Counted from the first letter of the stretch, positions 22,198 through 35,645 are shown. The stretch: 64,000 nucleotides of DNA from Octopus vulgaris (GCA_951406725.2 OX597820.1:27466001-27530000); one strand, 5' to 3'. Translations and numbers: made by a program. The notes: a model not told the origin generated them from the sequence alone.

Positions 22198-23423
22198 TAA
22201 TCAACTTACTTTGAAATTGTATGGATAATACCGTACTAAGTTCTTGTGCCTCAACTTAAATACCATATTCCTCTGAATCTAAATTTTTGCTGAACTTATC
22301 TACCTACTGATATAGAGAACTGTCGTTGCCTCCAAGTTGTTAGTTGCTGTGTTTTCATGTATTCACTTAACTCGTTCAGAAGGGAGCTACTTTCTAACAT
22401 TCAAATCGTCTTGCCCATTATCTTGAGAGCAATTTTTACTACAGCTGCTACATTCAACTGCAAACAGCGTAAATATATACCAGAACAATTTTCATCAATC
22501 TACAAGAGATTTAATATATGTGCTTGACACCTCATTAATTTTCTGCTATATTACATTCAGGATGATTCAACGCTACAACTCATAAGGGTTAGGATGCCAA
22601 AGACGTTGGTACTAACTAAAAGAAATTAACGAGTTTCTTCCAATTATTCTAGATTTAAGAGAGAAAATGAAAACTATCTAGCGTGCTGAATTCGGCACTA
22701 GTCTCTTGTAAATATACTTTCTTCGAACGGATTGCCCAGACAAGATTTCAGCTTCAGTATGTTCGTTTTTATTGCTGGTAGAGAATTTCAAGACTAATGA
22801 GCATTTGGTAACGACGAAAAGAGTTGAAATATTTATGAGAATATTTTAAAATTTGAAACGTCTATAAAATCAAAGGTGACAATCTTTATTCTCATCAATT
22901 TGAAATTGATTCTACTTTTCCTTCTGAAGTTATCTATAGTGATCGAATGATTATAAAGTAATATGATACTATAAAAATCCCAAATTGTCAATTAAATGCA
23001 TTAGCTGCGGACATAATATAAATTTAAATATAACTTCGGTCGATGCATTATGTTCAGTAATCTAACTTAATAAAAATTAGTCAAGAGCAAAGTATATATA
23101 TTGATCGGTATTATTCAGTTTATATAGGTTTATACGAATGAAATTATATATAAAGTGATTTAATTTTCGCTTTCTCGTGACTCTAACACGTGTTACTGGA
23201 AGCATATCTAAGATGTAGCTTCTGTTATTAAAGCTTAGTATCAAGATATTGCATTGGAATATTTCTTCATTGTCCATAAACGGTCCATAACCAATATGGA
23301 AATAATCGTTATATCCTGATTGCTTATATGTATTGGCGTGCGTGTGTATTTACATGTACATAACTATGTGTGCCTAATTACGAGTATTGAAAGCTGTGTG
23401 TTAGTATGTACGCATATATGTTT

Positions 23424-23462
<39 letters not shown>

Positions 23463-23599
23463 CGTGTCAGTGTCGCATGGTTCCGGGTTCGTTCTCAGTC
23501 TTCTACTGTAGCTTCGGGTCGACCATAGACTTGTGAGTGGATTTGGAAGTCGGAAGCTGAAAGAAACCCGTATTTAGTACATAATACATAGATACATAG

Positions 23600-23673
<74 letters not shown>

Positions 23674-23689
23674 ATATGGCTGGCTGGCC

Positions 23690-24810
23690 ACTTTCCAAAA
23701 ATCAGTGGAGCTCTATATCGTGATGGTTGTCTACTCTATCTTCAAAATGCTTCTAACCAAAAAATAATACAAACGGTTAAGAATAGCTTAGTTAAATTTT
23801 CTCGAAACTTGAGCCTAAGCATTGTTTTTGATAATGATGTAAAGGAAGCCAACGTTTGGGATATATTACCCTTAACTTGCATAATGATTCGTACTTCCTA
23901 TACCATAAACCCCCAACTAATTTAAAATATATTACCTGTAATCATTCTAAGGCTATTACAAAGAATTTACTTAGGAACATATCACTTAGACTTTCTCGAT
24001 TATCTGCTAATATTGACACCTTCAACGATAAAGCTGAATTTTATAACTCTGCCTTAATTAAAGCAGGCTATAAAGAAAACATTACCTATCTTAACCCTAT
24101 TTGCAGTAATTCTACTTCTATTAACCAGGAGATGAAATCAAGTTGTAACGATATTAACAAATTTAATGTTATTATGAATAACAACCCAAATCAAGTAATG
24201 TATTTCTGCAGCGTAAGGGAGATAACTGTTATTTAAGAACCTATTTTTCATTATAAAGGTACATCGATTACTTTTAAAGATAATTACCCTAATAACATGG
24301 TATGTCGTAGCAAAACTGTTTGGTTAATAAATCCATTTGGTTTGCAGATCAAATCTAACCTCTTTTTCCGGTTTTGTGAAGCTATAGAAAAGAATTTCCC
24401 GGGAAATTCAAGATACTATTCGATTATTAACTCACACCGAATTAGAATAGGTTTTTCTAATACAAAAATATTTCACAAACCATCTTTTCCCATAATAATA
24501 AGTTGTTAAATACAAATCACTTACTGAAAATACTAACATTAATTTTGTTAATACTAACCATTCTTGAAATAATAGTAACAACGGGAGTATTGTTTCTGAA
24601 GTCAACTCCAATCGCATTCGTTTTCTTAGTAGTAATTCTAAGACTAAAAATTCTATTACCAATATAAAATTACTTCCGGTTCTGGCGACTTATTTTATAT
24701 AGGTAGTTTTTCATCTCAGTTGTCCATTACTCTACATTTAGGCATATCAATAAACGTAACAATACAGGGCTTAATAAATTAATCTGGAATCTAAAAGATC
24801 ATAATCAAGA
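23690..24810 (+). mobile_element. Degenerate Penelope-like element (RT palm/thumb and linker; Naiad-like)
   Basis: GALYRDGCLL (cf. GLYRDD), DITLNLHNDSYFLYHKP..LKYI, ISLRLSRLSAN...YNSALIKAGY, TVWLINPFGLQIKSN...KNFP. Frameshifts and stops present. Confidence 0.85.
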
Positions 24811-24819
24811 ATTTGTTTG

Positions 24820-25399
24820 GGAACAGGTTTGAGGATAAGGACGCTTGGCCTCCTTCATCAACTGATTTGAACACTTTTGAATTCAGCACCTGGAATGAAC
24901 TGGTCAGAAAAGCTTGTGAGAATTCTCACAGTAAACTGCAAGCCCTCAAAAACTCCATCACTAGGACGGGGAAGAAAGACATTGAATAGGAATTCATCAA
25001 GAGAGTTTGTAGTGCAGTCAGAAAGAGGGTTGAGGAAGTCCCATCCAAAAGAAGAGCAACTCTTGACGCTTAAAAGGTAGGACTTCAACCACGCTTGTCT
25101 CTGGCACTTTGAAATAAATTTTAAGCTTACATTCGAACTTTGCTTCAATCCTTTATGAGCTTCCAATCCAGAGCTATAGCTAATTATTTATGAAAATACT
25201 ATTTTCGTTCATGGTCAATCTCATCACGATTCCTCTGGTAAACTTGGAAAATAAACAACATTTGTTCTTGCTCAAATTAGAGTTCAATAGCATTGGAAAA
25301 ACCTCTGATAATTCCATTAAGTTGTATTTAAGCATTGCTGAGATACAAAGGTTCGAAGCCGAATCTAAAATTTGGACAATATTGCTGATACACCCTGTA
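24820..25399 (+). mobile_element. Tc1/mariner (maT-like) transposase C-terminal relic with right TIR
   Basis: DAWPPSSTDLNTFEFSTWNEL (cf. WPPSSPDLNPLDYSIW); element ends in caccctg+TA. Confidence 0.8.
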
Positions 25400-26448
25400 T
25401 ACATGTATATATGTTTGTATATTTGTGAGTGCGTGTGCGTGTAAGTCTGCGTGTATGTGTGTGTGTGTGTGTGTATGTGTGTGTATGTGCAGCAATGAAG
25501 TGGTGTCTAAAATATATTGCTCTGTGTGCATGTATACATGCATGTGCGTGTCGTATTGGAAAACGTGACTAGAATGAAATTTTCCATGACTTTCTTTGAT
25601 AGCTGGATTTTAATTTTTATTATTCCAAATAACGCATATTACATGTATTATGAATTAATATCTTATATAGGAATATGGATGAATAGTATGGCAACAGATA
25701 AAATGGGAAGTTGCGAAACACATTCCTTTAGTTTAGCAGTAAGCAGGGATAATATAATAGTATTACTACTTACACAATAATCGTTCGTTTCTCAGGAATA
25801 AACCAGACACTATTCATGATACCGACGATACTGCTTATTCTTTTGAGTATCAGTAAGTGAATATCGCACAGTATCTTTTGTCTTCACAATAAGATTTCCC
25901 AAGGTGTATTTTCTTGTATTAGTAGCATATTTTCCCGGTTGTGCATTATTCAGATACAGCAGTGAATGAAGTAGGCTCTTCATGATAGCATATTTTACAT
26001 TGGTATACTATCTTCATTCCGTCTCTGTCTTTCAATTTCCTTTCTTCTGCTCTGTATATATATACTGTGTGAGCATTAGTATGTCTGTAGATGCATGCAG
26101 ACCCTAGCACACAAACACACATAAATACACACATACATACATACATACACACATACATACATACATACATACATACATGCATACATACATACATACATAT
26201 ATGTATAGGAATTCATTGAGGAAATGCGATGTGAAGTCGATGTTGAGAACGTTGCCTGAAACGAATGTAGTTTATTACGTTTTACATATAAAGCTATGCA
26301 GTGAATGCAATATATACGGCTCAATCAATAACATTACTGTGTATTCACTTCTTCAGACATCCCTCTTTGAATACTATGCTAGCAAGGTTCACATATGATG
26401 TGCAACTAGGGTGATCACCCGGAATATACTTATCATCGCAAATGGGAC

Positions 26449-26606
<158 letters not shown>

Positions 26607-26611
26607 CTCTA

Positions 26612-26688
<77 letters not shown>

Positions 26689-26731
26689 TCATACATATAT
26701 ACATAATATATATATATTTATATATATATAT

Positions 26732-26762
<31 letters not shown>

Positions 26763-26768
26763 CACATT

Positions 26769-26808
<40 letters not shown>

Positions 26809-26861
26809 TCAGTTTCTCTTCACTGTGTATACACACAAACGCATACGCACACAGACATATA

Positions 26862-27076
26862 CGAGGGGATGCTAAAGCATTCCACGTTCTAAGGTTGTCG
26901 TGAAAGGCTTGGTTGGAGTCCCAAACCTCCAAGATTTTGATAGAACTTGGAAAACCTGAAGGACCGATGCAGTACGTGTGTGAATGTGAGAGGGAAATGT
27001 GTGGAATAAAATCATAATTAACTGAGCTTACTGTATTTTCTTTTATCTCAAATCAGGAAATTTTCAACGCCCCCTC

Positions 27077-27077
<1 letters not shown>
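26862..27077. mobile_element. Mariner-derived MITE
   Basis: TA|cgagggg...cccctcg|TA termini; second copy at 43687-43914. Confidence 0.8.
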
Positions 27078-27136
<59 letters not shown>

Positions 27137-27254
27137 GTAGTAACAGAAAAAAAGCAATTTCGATTATCCCCACGGGGTGAGTTGTAATATATATAAGAAA
27201 TTAAAAAAAGGAAAATACACACACTTTACATAGTTTTAATATAATTTTTTAATG

Positions 27255-27287
27255 TATCGACCAGTTTCGCTTTCGCTATTCATGATA
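27255..27287 (-). ncRNA. Minimal type I hammerhead ribozyme motif, A3:U8 core variant
   Basis: Minus strand tatc-ATGAATA-gc(gaaa)gc-GAAA-ctgg-TC-gata: stem I tatc/gata, GNRA-capped stem II, near-palindromic stem III, GUC cleavage triplet. Confidence 0.65.
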
Positions 27288-27355
27288 TTATGGTTTACTT
27301 ATTTGAATATGAATTTTCTTTAGAAGAAAACGCGGGACCTTCAGGATTTTTAATT

Positions 27356-27420
<65 letters not shown>

Positions 27421-27424
27421 TATA

Positions 27425-27519
<95 letters not shown>

Positions 27520-27552
27520 TATATATATTATATATACATATATATATATGGT

Positions 27553-27598
<46 letters not shown>

Positions 27599-28580
27599 CT
27601 CTTTCTCTCTCTCGTTGCTTACATGTGACTATCGTCCATCTTTCTTTACCTTACGTGACCATCTTTCTTTTCCTGCACGGATGTTTTAGCGAATTGACGT
27701 ATTTTTCTCTCTCTCTTCTATCTTGTCTCTTAAAAAAAATGTTTCTCCTAGCGTTCACTCTTCTCTTCTCGTTGATTTCGTTCAGTTTCCTTGTATGTCC
27801 CCACTGTATTTTTGTGTTTCCAACTTTGACCCTCCATAAATCCTAAATTTTATTTTAGAATTTATGGGAGCAACTGTCTTTGATGACTCATATTATCGTT
27901 GAATGCTCAAAATGAGGAGTAAATAGACAGCCGACAACTGATGAAGGGTCTTTTTTCTGTGTTCACTGTCCTGTTTTCTATTTTTTCTCATTGTTTACGT
28001 ATTTCTCTCTTTATTCCCTCGTTTGTTTACGTATTCATGTTATTTGCACCGTTGGTGACATCTTGTACTCATATATGCATTTGTATGTATATATTTATAT
28101 ATTATTTATTATTATAAACACACACAGTCGTGTGATAATAGCAATAGTAACTGCCAAAGAAGGAACACTTCTTTGAATCTGGAGACAGACTATGAATGGG
28201 CATCAATAAATGACTATATTTCGTTGCTGGTATTTTTACACGATATCCTTTTTCATAGTGCTATCGAATGTCTGTGTAACGATATTACATTTATCAGACA
28301 AGTGGTGGTTTTGTTAATATAGAAATGAATTATTGCATATGTGAATGGGATTTGACGAAGACCCAACACAATGCAGCCACTGTATACTGTATAAAATTTT
28401 AATAAAAACAAACGCGCCTTATCAATGATCTCACAGCGAAACATACTTATCTTACAGAATTCCGTTTATTGATGGCTTCACTTGCAGCTATGAAGCTATG
28501 TAGAATGTAAGCGGACGTATAGTCCATTCTATGAATAAAACTCACGCGCGCACACACACACACATACACTTACACGTATG

Positions 28581-28788
28581 ATTATCCCTCGCCATATCGC
28601 TGTTAACCTATCGCAGTTTATTATTTAAGCTTATGTCGGTTCCTCTGTGATGCTTTGCATTGAAAATAAAATAAATATATACAAATTATAAAAATAATAA
28701 TAGAAAAATATAGAGTACTGCTTCTACTTCGCAGATTTTCACCTATCGCGGGTTGTTTTGAAACATAACACCGCGATAGTCGGGGGAT

Positions 28789-28792
<4 letters not shown>
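28581..28792. mobile_element. Tigger/pogo-like MITE, degenerate
   Basis: Imperfect TIRs ttatccctcgccatatcgc / gcgatagtcgggggatta; internal cacctatcgcgg repeats. Confidence 0.55.
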
Positions 28793-28873
<81 letters not shown>

Positions 28874-29010
28874 AGGCATAGCGAGACTAATAACCCGGCG
28901 TAGAACTCAATATACTTATGCTTCAGAATGGTGTGTTTGCTGAGTATAGAGCAGTTATAAGAAAGAAAAATGACAAAGGTATAACTGGCTATCTTATGAA
29001 CTTAATTAGC

Positions 29011-29100
<90 letters not shown>

Positions 29101-29104
<4 letters not shown>

Positions 29105-29332
29105 AAGACCCCATTCGGTCATGTGTGACCATGGGTTTGCACCTAGAGAGTTACCCTCTGAGGCACAAGTCTGGGCAAGGTTGTTTTTATGGAAGACCAG
29201 CAGTCGCCCATGCATACCAGCCTCCCCTCTCCACGCCACCAGTGTTATCCAAGGGAAAGACAAAGGTCGATACAGCTTGGAACCAGTGACGTCGCAACTC
29301 ATTTCTACAGCTGAGTGAGCTGGAGCAACGTG

Positions 29333-29335
<3 letters not shown>
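29101..29335 (-). mobile_element. 5'-truncated SINE family B with tail type 6, inside (TA)n
   Basis: Reverse complement matches ~46490-46720 and ~47940-48135. Confidence 0.85.
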
Positions 29336-29388
<53 letters not shown>

Positions 29389-29461
29389 CGCGGGCATATT
29401 CATACATATACTTATGTTGTTAAGTGAATCTATCACTGTATTGAAACATGCCTAATATATT

Positions 29462-29658
29462 AATTTCAAATTTTGGCACAAGTCCAGCAACTTCGGGGGA
29501 AGGGTGTAAGTTAATTACATCGACTCCCTAGAGTTCGACTTTGTACTTATTTCATCGAGCTCGAAAGGATGAAAGGCAGAGACGACTTCGGTGGAATTTG
29601 AGCTCAGAACATTAAGTATGTTGCCCGGCGTGCTAACGATTCTTCCAGCACGCCGCCG
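29462..29658 (-). mobile_element. tRNA-derived SINE family D (MetaSINE-like core), diverged
   Basis: atcgagctcgaaaggatgaaaggc core shared with 34840-35250 and 43950-44178. Confidence 0.75.
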
Positions 29659-30400
29659 AATATTATAATTGTGAAAAAAATCAGTTGCTAATACTACCTA
29701 CGAAACGTTAAGTCTCTATATCTCTATCTCTCTTTTTTCCTTGCTATTTATCTTTCCTTTTCTCTGTATCTTTGTCTTTCCCTTTGTGTATCATTTTCTT
29801 TTCCAGCTTCCTATTAGCCATCAATATTTATATCAAAGGGCCACATCTGTTGATGATAAAATTCTTTACACACATTCTAATATTACAATATTTACATATT
29901 AACTGTATTCCATGGCTCGTTTCTTTTATTAGGCTTCATACCACCCGTCTGGCACAGTGTGAACATGAGAACGTTGGTAAATTATTGTTAAATTTGTTGT
30001 TGTTGCTGTTAACGATTTTCTTCTTTGTTTCTTGTTGGTGTAATTATTGTCCTCAACGTCAATGTCGTTGCTTTTGCTACTGCAACGAGTATTGATGCTA
30101 TAGAAGCAATGTCTATAGCTTAAATATTTTATTAATGCCACAAAAGCATTGACTATACGTTAACTAGTTTATTAATACAAACGCAATGAGTATATCTTAA
30201 CTACTTTATTAATACAAAGAGAGTGACTGTATAATTCAACTAATTTATTAATGATACAAGAGCAGCGATTATAACATGACTACTTTATTACTATAATCGC
30301 AGTTGCTGTAACTAAATTAGTTTATTAACACAAAGGTAGTAGCTACAACTTTATTAATATAAACCCAGTCAATATAACTAGTCTGTTAATACAAAAGTAG

Positions 30401-30682
30401 TGAAGATATTCTGTTGTCTCTGGGGGAAGTCATTTTCTTTTTGCGCCTTATAATTTAACACACTCACCGGTAAAATTTCCATTTATTTCTTATTTTTATT
30501 TTCCTAAAATTTTCGTTGCATCTTGCAAATAAAAATAAGAAATAAGTGGAAATTTTACCGGTGAGTATGATAAATTATAAGGCACAAAAAGAAAATGACT
30601 CTCCCCACATACAACAGAATATGCTTCAACACACGAACTCATATAAAGAATCTTGCAAACCAGATCCAAAAACGAAATATTG
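30401..30682. repeat. Fold-back inverted repeat (arms ~100 bp) built from the same PLE-like terminus as 58575-58765
   Basis: 30401-30500 pairs with 30527-30628; the right arm extends further and matches 58575-58630 in reverse. Confidence 0.9.
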
Positions 30683-31312
30683 TGAAGATATGTTAAATAG
30701 TTAATACATATAAAAGCAGTAACAATAACGTGGCTTGTAAAGAATTGACTTAACATTTTTTTTATTGAATTGAATGTAATAAAAATGGCGGTTTTCTGAA
30801 ATAGAATAAAGGAGAGAAAAATATCGCACTGGTATTGACGTTGTTTGGCCTCGCTATCGAGTAGATCCAATTAGTCTTACTTGCAATATAATATGTTTTT
30901 TTTTTCTAACAACGTATACGAACATCACTGTCATCATAGAAAACTTGTCTTCTATCAAGTGGATATAAATCTTAATTATAAATACTACACCAACTGTTCT
31001 TGCATGCAATACTAATTTGTTTATAACTCTCATTATAATTTTCGTTATGGTCGTTGTTGTAGACGTTGATGTTACTAATATTGTTGTTATTGGGATTCCT
31101 GTTGTTGTCGTTCTGGGAGTGGGTGTTGTTATTGTGGTATTATTCTGGTTATTGGTATCTTGGTTCCTGTTGTGATTGGTTATTATTCTTGTTGTTACAG
31201 ACGCTAATTGTTGTTATTGCTGTTAATCGTGGTTGTATTATTCAGATAGTTGTCGTTCTTTCTGTGCCTTATTGTTGTTGCTGCTGTTCCTGTTGAGCTG
31301 TTGCGGTTGCTG

Positions 31313-31682
31313 TTGAGCGAACGGTTTTCGTCCTAGAGCTCGCAAGATGTGAGAAGTCCGAAACGTGGTACTTTGCTATTCGTAAGACCCGCAGAAGAGA
31401 AAGCAGGTCTACCCCCGACACCGAGAGCATCGACGGGTGGATGAATGCGCATCCAGGCTCAGCGGTTGCGTAGGAAGTCGGGGATAAGAAACAGAAACGA
31501 AGAGTGAGAGAAAGTTGGGGCGAAAGAGTACAACAGGTGTCGCCACCACCCCCTGCCGGAGCATCGTGGAGCTTTAGGTGTTTTCGCTCAATAAACACAC
31601 ACAACGCCCGGTCTGGGAATCGAGACTGCGATCCTCCGACCGCGAGTCCACTGCCCTAACCACTGGGCCATTGCGCCTCCAC
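31313..31682 (-). mobile_element. SINE family A, tail type 3
   Basis: Head matches 4687; unique GC-rich 3' region 31313-31490; embedded in a (GTT)-rich tract. Confidence 0.9.
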
Positions 31683-31907
31683 TTGTTGCTTCTGCTATTG
31701 TTGTTGTGCTGCTCGTCGTAATTGTTGCTATAAGTCTTCAGATTCATGTTGCTGCAGTAAATGTTAATTTTGACGTGATTCTAGCTTTGGAGTTGTCGCA
31801 GTTATGGCCGATGTGTTTGTTTTGTTGCTGCGTGGTTCGGTTCCTTATTGCTTATGTAGATATTGTTCCGAATATAACTGCTTTTGTTACGATTGTTATT
31901 GCTGTAG

Positions 31908-32460
31908 CTTCTTCTTCTTCTTCTTCTTCTTCTTCTTCTTCTTCTTCTTCTTCTTCTTCTTCTTCTTCTTCTTCTTTTTCCAATCAGGACTCGTGCCATT
32001 AGCCACAAAGAATAATCTCTAATTCGAGCCTACTCTAAGCTACTAAAAACACGTGAATACGTGTGGCAACTTGAAGATCCACCTACCACACACGATAGAC
32101 TGGCGGTTGTACGGGCGCGAAAGCTACGTTGTTATCCTCATTCCGTAAACGGTGACTTTTAACGGGTGGAGAGCTGAACCATCCTGGGGTACAGAGGATT
32201 CGCAATCTAGACTAGGGTCTGAAAGTTTACTACACCATAGTGGGTTACACCATGGTTCCTCTGCTTTGTAGCAGAAGTAGGTAGAAAGAGTGAGAGAAAG
32301 TTGTGGTGAAAGAGTACGGCGGGATTCACCACCACCACCCCGCCGGATCCTCGTGGAGCTTAGGTGTTTTTGCTCAATAAACACTCACAATGCCCGGTCT
32401 GGGAATCGAAACCGCGTTCTTACGACCGCGAGTCCGCTGCCCTAACCATTGCGTCTCCAC
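31908..32460 (-). mobile_element. SINE family A, tail type 4 ending in (GAA)n
   Basis: Head matches 4687; ~300-bp tail nearly identical to 50825-51120; (ttc)n at 31908-31975. Confidence 0.9.
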
Positions 32461-33259
32461 TAGCTGTTGCTGTCATTCCTGTGACTTTTGCGCATGTTGC
32501 TAATGTGGTTATTCTTGAAGTTGTTGCAGTGGTTGTGTGGTTACCTTTATTTTGGCCGTTGCTGTTATGATTGTTATTGTTGTTGCTGTTGCATATATTT
32601 TTGTTTGTCCTTGTTGTTGTAGTTATTCTTCACGTTGCTGTTGTGTAGATACCGTTGCTTTGGCTGTCGTTATTGCAGTAGTGGTGTTGTAACTATGGTT
32701 ATTGTTGTGGTTGTTCTGTAGTTTTCGTAGTTGTTACTGTTGCTTCTGTTTGTCATTATTACCATGTTATTTTTTTTATTGTTGTTACACTTCGTGTATT
32801 ATATACTCTTGTTAATAATCATAACGTATTATTTAATTCCTTCTCTTTGCCTGTACTATAATGCTTTTCTTTTCCTTCTGCTGCTTGTAACACTGCATTA
32901 TTTAGTTTTATTTTAATAGTTGCAGGAATGACTTCATTGAGTGTTTCCACATCACAGGCTACATCAAGGCATTAGTCTTAATTTGTGATCTGTCATATTT
33001 AACACGGCCACATAGCAATTTTCAACGGCGTCATTTTAAAAGCTTCAAAAAGCAAACAAACTCTTGACACGTGCAAACACAGCAGATAAAAAAAAATAAC
33101 ATTTTTTTTATCGAGCAAACGTTGAACTCTTGTCTATGTGAACTCTTGAACTGTTAGAAGTAATAACTATATTTCTCTCAAACTACATTCATCTGTCGCA
33201 AGAGGTGAACGTACGTCAAATACTGTAGTGGAAGACAGTCCCTCCAAAATGTAGGACAC

Positions 33260-33590
33260 AGAGGAAAGAAAACAGGTATGTCTAGAATAATTTTGACTCC
33301 AAATTTTCTTGGCGTCCATTTTAAAATCCACATAAGGCTTGATTTTCGTGCCATCTGTCCTCTGCAAAAATCTTGTTCGCATCACATTACGACACTAAGA
33401 CAAAACTATTTCATCTTAACTGGCTCTGCTCTCTTTGACATCATACCACGACGCATAAGGACGGGTAAAGAACTCAAAACATTCACAAAGCTCCTAAATG
33501 ATCATACCAACAATTACAAATAACTCAGCTACACATGAATATACCTACGCAAACTGTAATTCGTTACTCGATTGGGCTCTGGTAGCCTAA
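33260..33590 (+). mobile_element. Old 3' fragment of the same CR1-group LINE lineage
   Basis: PNFLGVHFKIHIRLDFRAI..ITTLRQNYF..GSALFDIIP and NSLLDWAL align with the ORF2 C-terminus PNDVGITFKVHPRLGPRAI..ITTIRHNYF..GPALFNITP..NSLLEWAI. Confidence 0.85.
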
Positions 33591-34839
33591 ACTCGTCAAA
33601 ACATCTAAGTTTTTAATGGGTATATGTAGACAGTTTTCTCTATGGGGTAGAAGCTGGACAATGAAGAAAAAGTGTTTTCAACATCGCATTGACGGTACGT
33701 ATAAAAAACATTTTTCTTTTTTACCGAGAAAACGTTGAACTCTTGTCTATGTGAACTCTTGAACTGTTAGAAGTAATAACTATATATCTCTCAAACTACA
33801 ATCATTTGTACATTCTGAGAGATTTAAAAATGAGCATAAGACCAAAGAGATTGAGGTACACATCTTCACCACCCATCTGTAAAGTTACCACTCAAATTAT
33901 GATAGGTTTATTGGCCACTGCTGGCCTCCTGAACTAGATGTTATATTATGCTGCCACCGCTGGCCGTACTAGATGTTATATTGTGGAGGTTTCCGCAGCC
34001 TAATAACTGATGAAACCACTCGACTGAAATCATGCTATTGGTACACCCACACATACACACACGCGCGCGCGCGCGCAAACACACAGACACAGACACACAC
34101 ATACACACACAAATGACACTGACGACAAACCAAACCTAATGAGAAATCAGAGACAAAGACGTGACAGAAATTAGTGGCGCGTCGCGGCGCGGTGAAACGC
34201 GTCTCGGTTCCGTTCGCTTGTAAAAGACAACGTTCTTTGGTCGTGATTGACCTTGATGAGACACAAACAACAAAATTTACAAAAATAAAAGCAATTACAG
34301 ACAACAGAGATATGTTTTGCGCATTTTCAAATGCCTAAATATGAAAGCCAATAATTTTACTCGAAGTGGGCGAAAAGGGAGACAGAAAGAGGGAGAGAGA
34401 GGGGAAGAGAGACGGAAAGAGAAACAAATGAATCAACTAGAATTAATAATGACTAGGTCATGTTCTTTCATTTACTTCATTTTATTAGTTTTGTTTTGTT
34501 ATTTGATTGTTCTCGCTTATACAAACTGATTGTTTGCTTGTCATAAGAATTGCTCTAAATTTTCTTATAATAGATAGCAGGTCACGAACAGTTAAAATTC
34601 GCATTTAAAGACAAGAGAGAGAGAGAGGAGGAAAGAGAGAGAGGAGGAAAAAGAGAGGTGGGGAAGAGAGCTTGTAGTGGTCATTTGAGCTGAGAGAAAA
34701 AGCTGTTAAATATATCTGCTACCGCTTCGAACAAAGACCTGACAATCTGGGCCGTGTAATCTCGCCCCACAAATACAAAACAAAATCAAAGAAGAAATGT
34801 TCACTGGTACAATAATTTTATAAAATATATGCTTCTTAT

Positions 34840-35250
34840 TTCTTTATTGCCCACAAGGGGCTAAACATAGAGAGGACAAAGAAGGACAGACAAAGGGGTT
34901 AAGTCGATTATATCGACCCCTGTACGTAACTGGTACTTATTTAATCGACCCCGAAAGGATGAAAGGCAAAGTCGACCTCGGCAAAATTTGAACTCAGAAC
35001 GTAACGGCAGACGAAATACCTATTTCTTTACTACCCGCAAGGGGCTAAACACAGAGAGGACAAACAAGGTCAGACAAACGGATTAATTCGATTACATCGA
35101 CCCCAGTGTGTAACTGGTCCTTAATTTATCGACCCCAAAAGGATGAAAGGCAAAGTCAACCTCGGTGGAATTTGAACTAAGAACGTAACGGCAGACGAAA
35201 TGCCGCTAAGCATTTCCCCTGTCGTGCTAACGTTTCTGCCAGATCGCCAA
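34840..35250 (-). mobile_element. SINE family D (MetaSINE-like), tandem dimer
   Basis: Two head-to-tail units (~34840-35020, ~35024-35250), each with atcgaccccgaaaggatgaaaggcaaagtc. Confidence 0.88.
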
Positions 35251-35485
35251 GATATGCTTCTTGGGCTACACAATATCATCATCACCACAAAACCCCACCA
35301 ACGACACCAACAATCAGAAATTAAACGCATGCATACACAAGAATAAGCAGAAACATTAATAATATATAAAAATATAAAAATACAAATCATAAAAAAGTAA
35401 AGTGAGAATAAAATACGAATACTTTATTATACTGACGAAATTCCTTGTAAGACAACTAATATTATGCATGCAATTTGTAGACAAG

Positions 35486-35558
<73 letters not shown>

Positions 35559-35645
35559 TAATAATAATAATGATAATAATAATAACAATAATAATAATAA
35601 TAATAATAATAATTATAATAATAATAATAATAATAATAGTAATTA
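35486..35645. repeat. (AAT)n microsatellite
   Basis: Direct observation; source of the poly-I/poly-N pseudo-ORFs. Confidence 0.97.

Noticed and set aside
30130-30400. Regularly spaced ttattaatacaaa motifs, superficially CRISPR-like
   Set aside because: Eukaryotic context, degenerate ~35-40-bp minisatellite with related 'spacers', and no cas genes.
34002-34040. CTGATGA...GAAA hammerhead-like spacing
   Set aside because: Stem II does not pair and the cleavage position reads UG; at best a dead relic.
34190-34208. GAAACGCGTC, a typical hammerhead 3' half
   Set aside because: No CUGANGA-like core or stem I partner upstream.
34236-34266. LVVIDLDET, resembling the HAD/CTD-phosphatase DLDETL motif
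   Set aside because: Next residues are QTTK rather than LVHS, the frame is short and closed by stops, and there is no further similarity or splice support.
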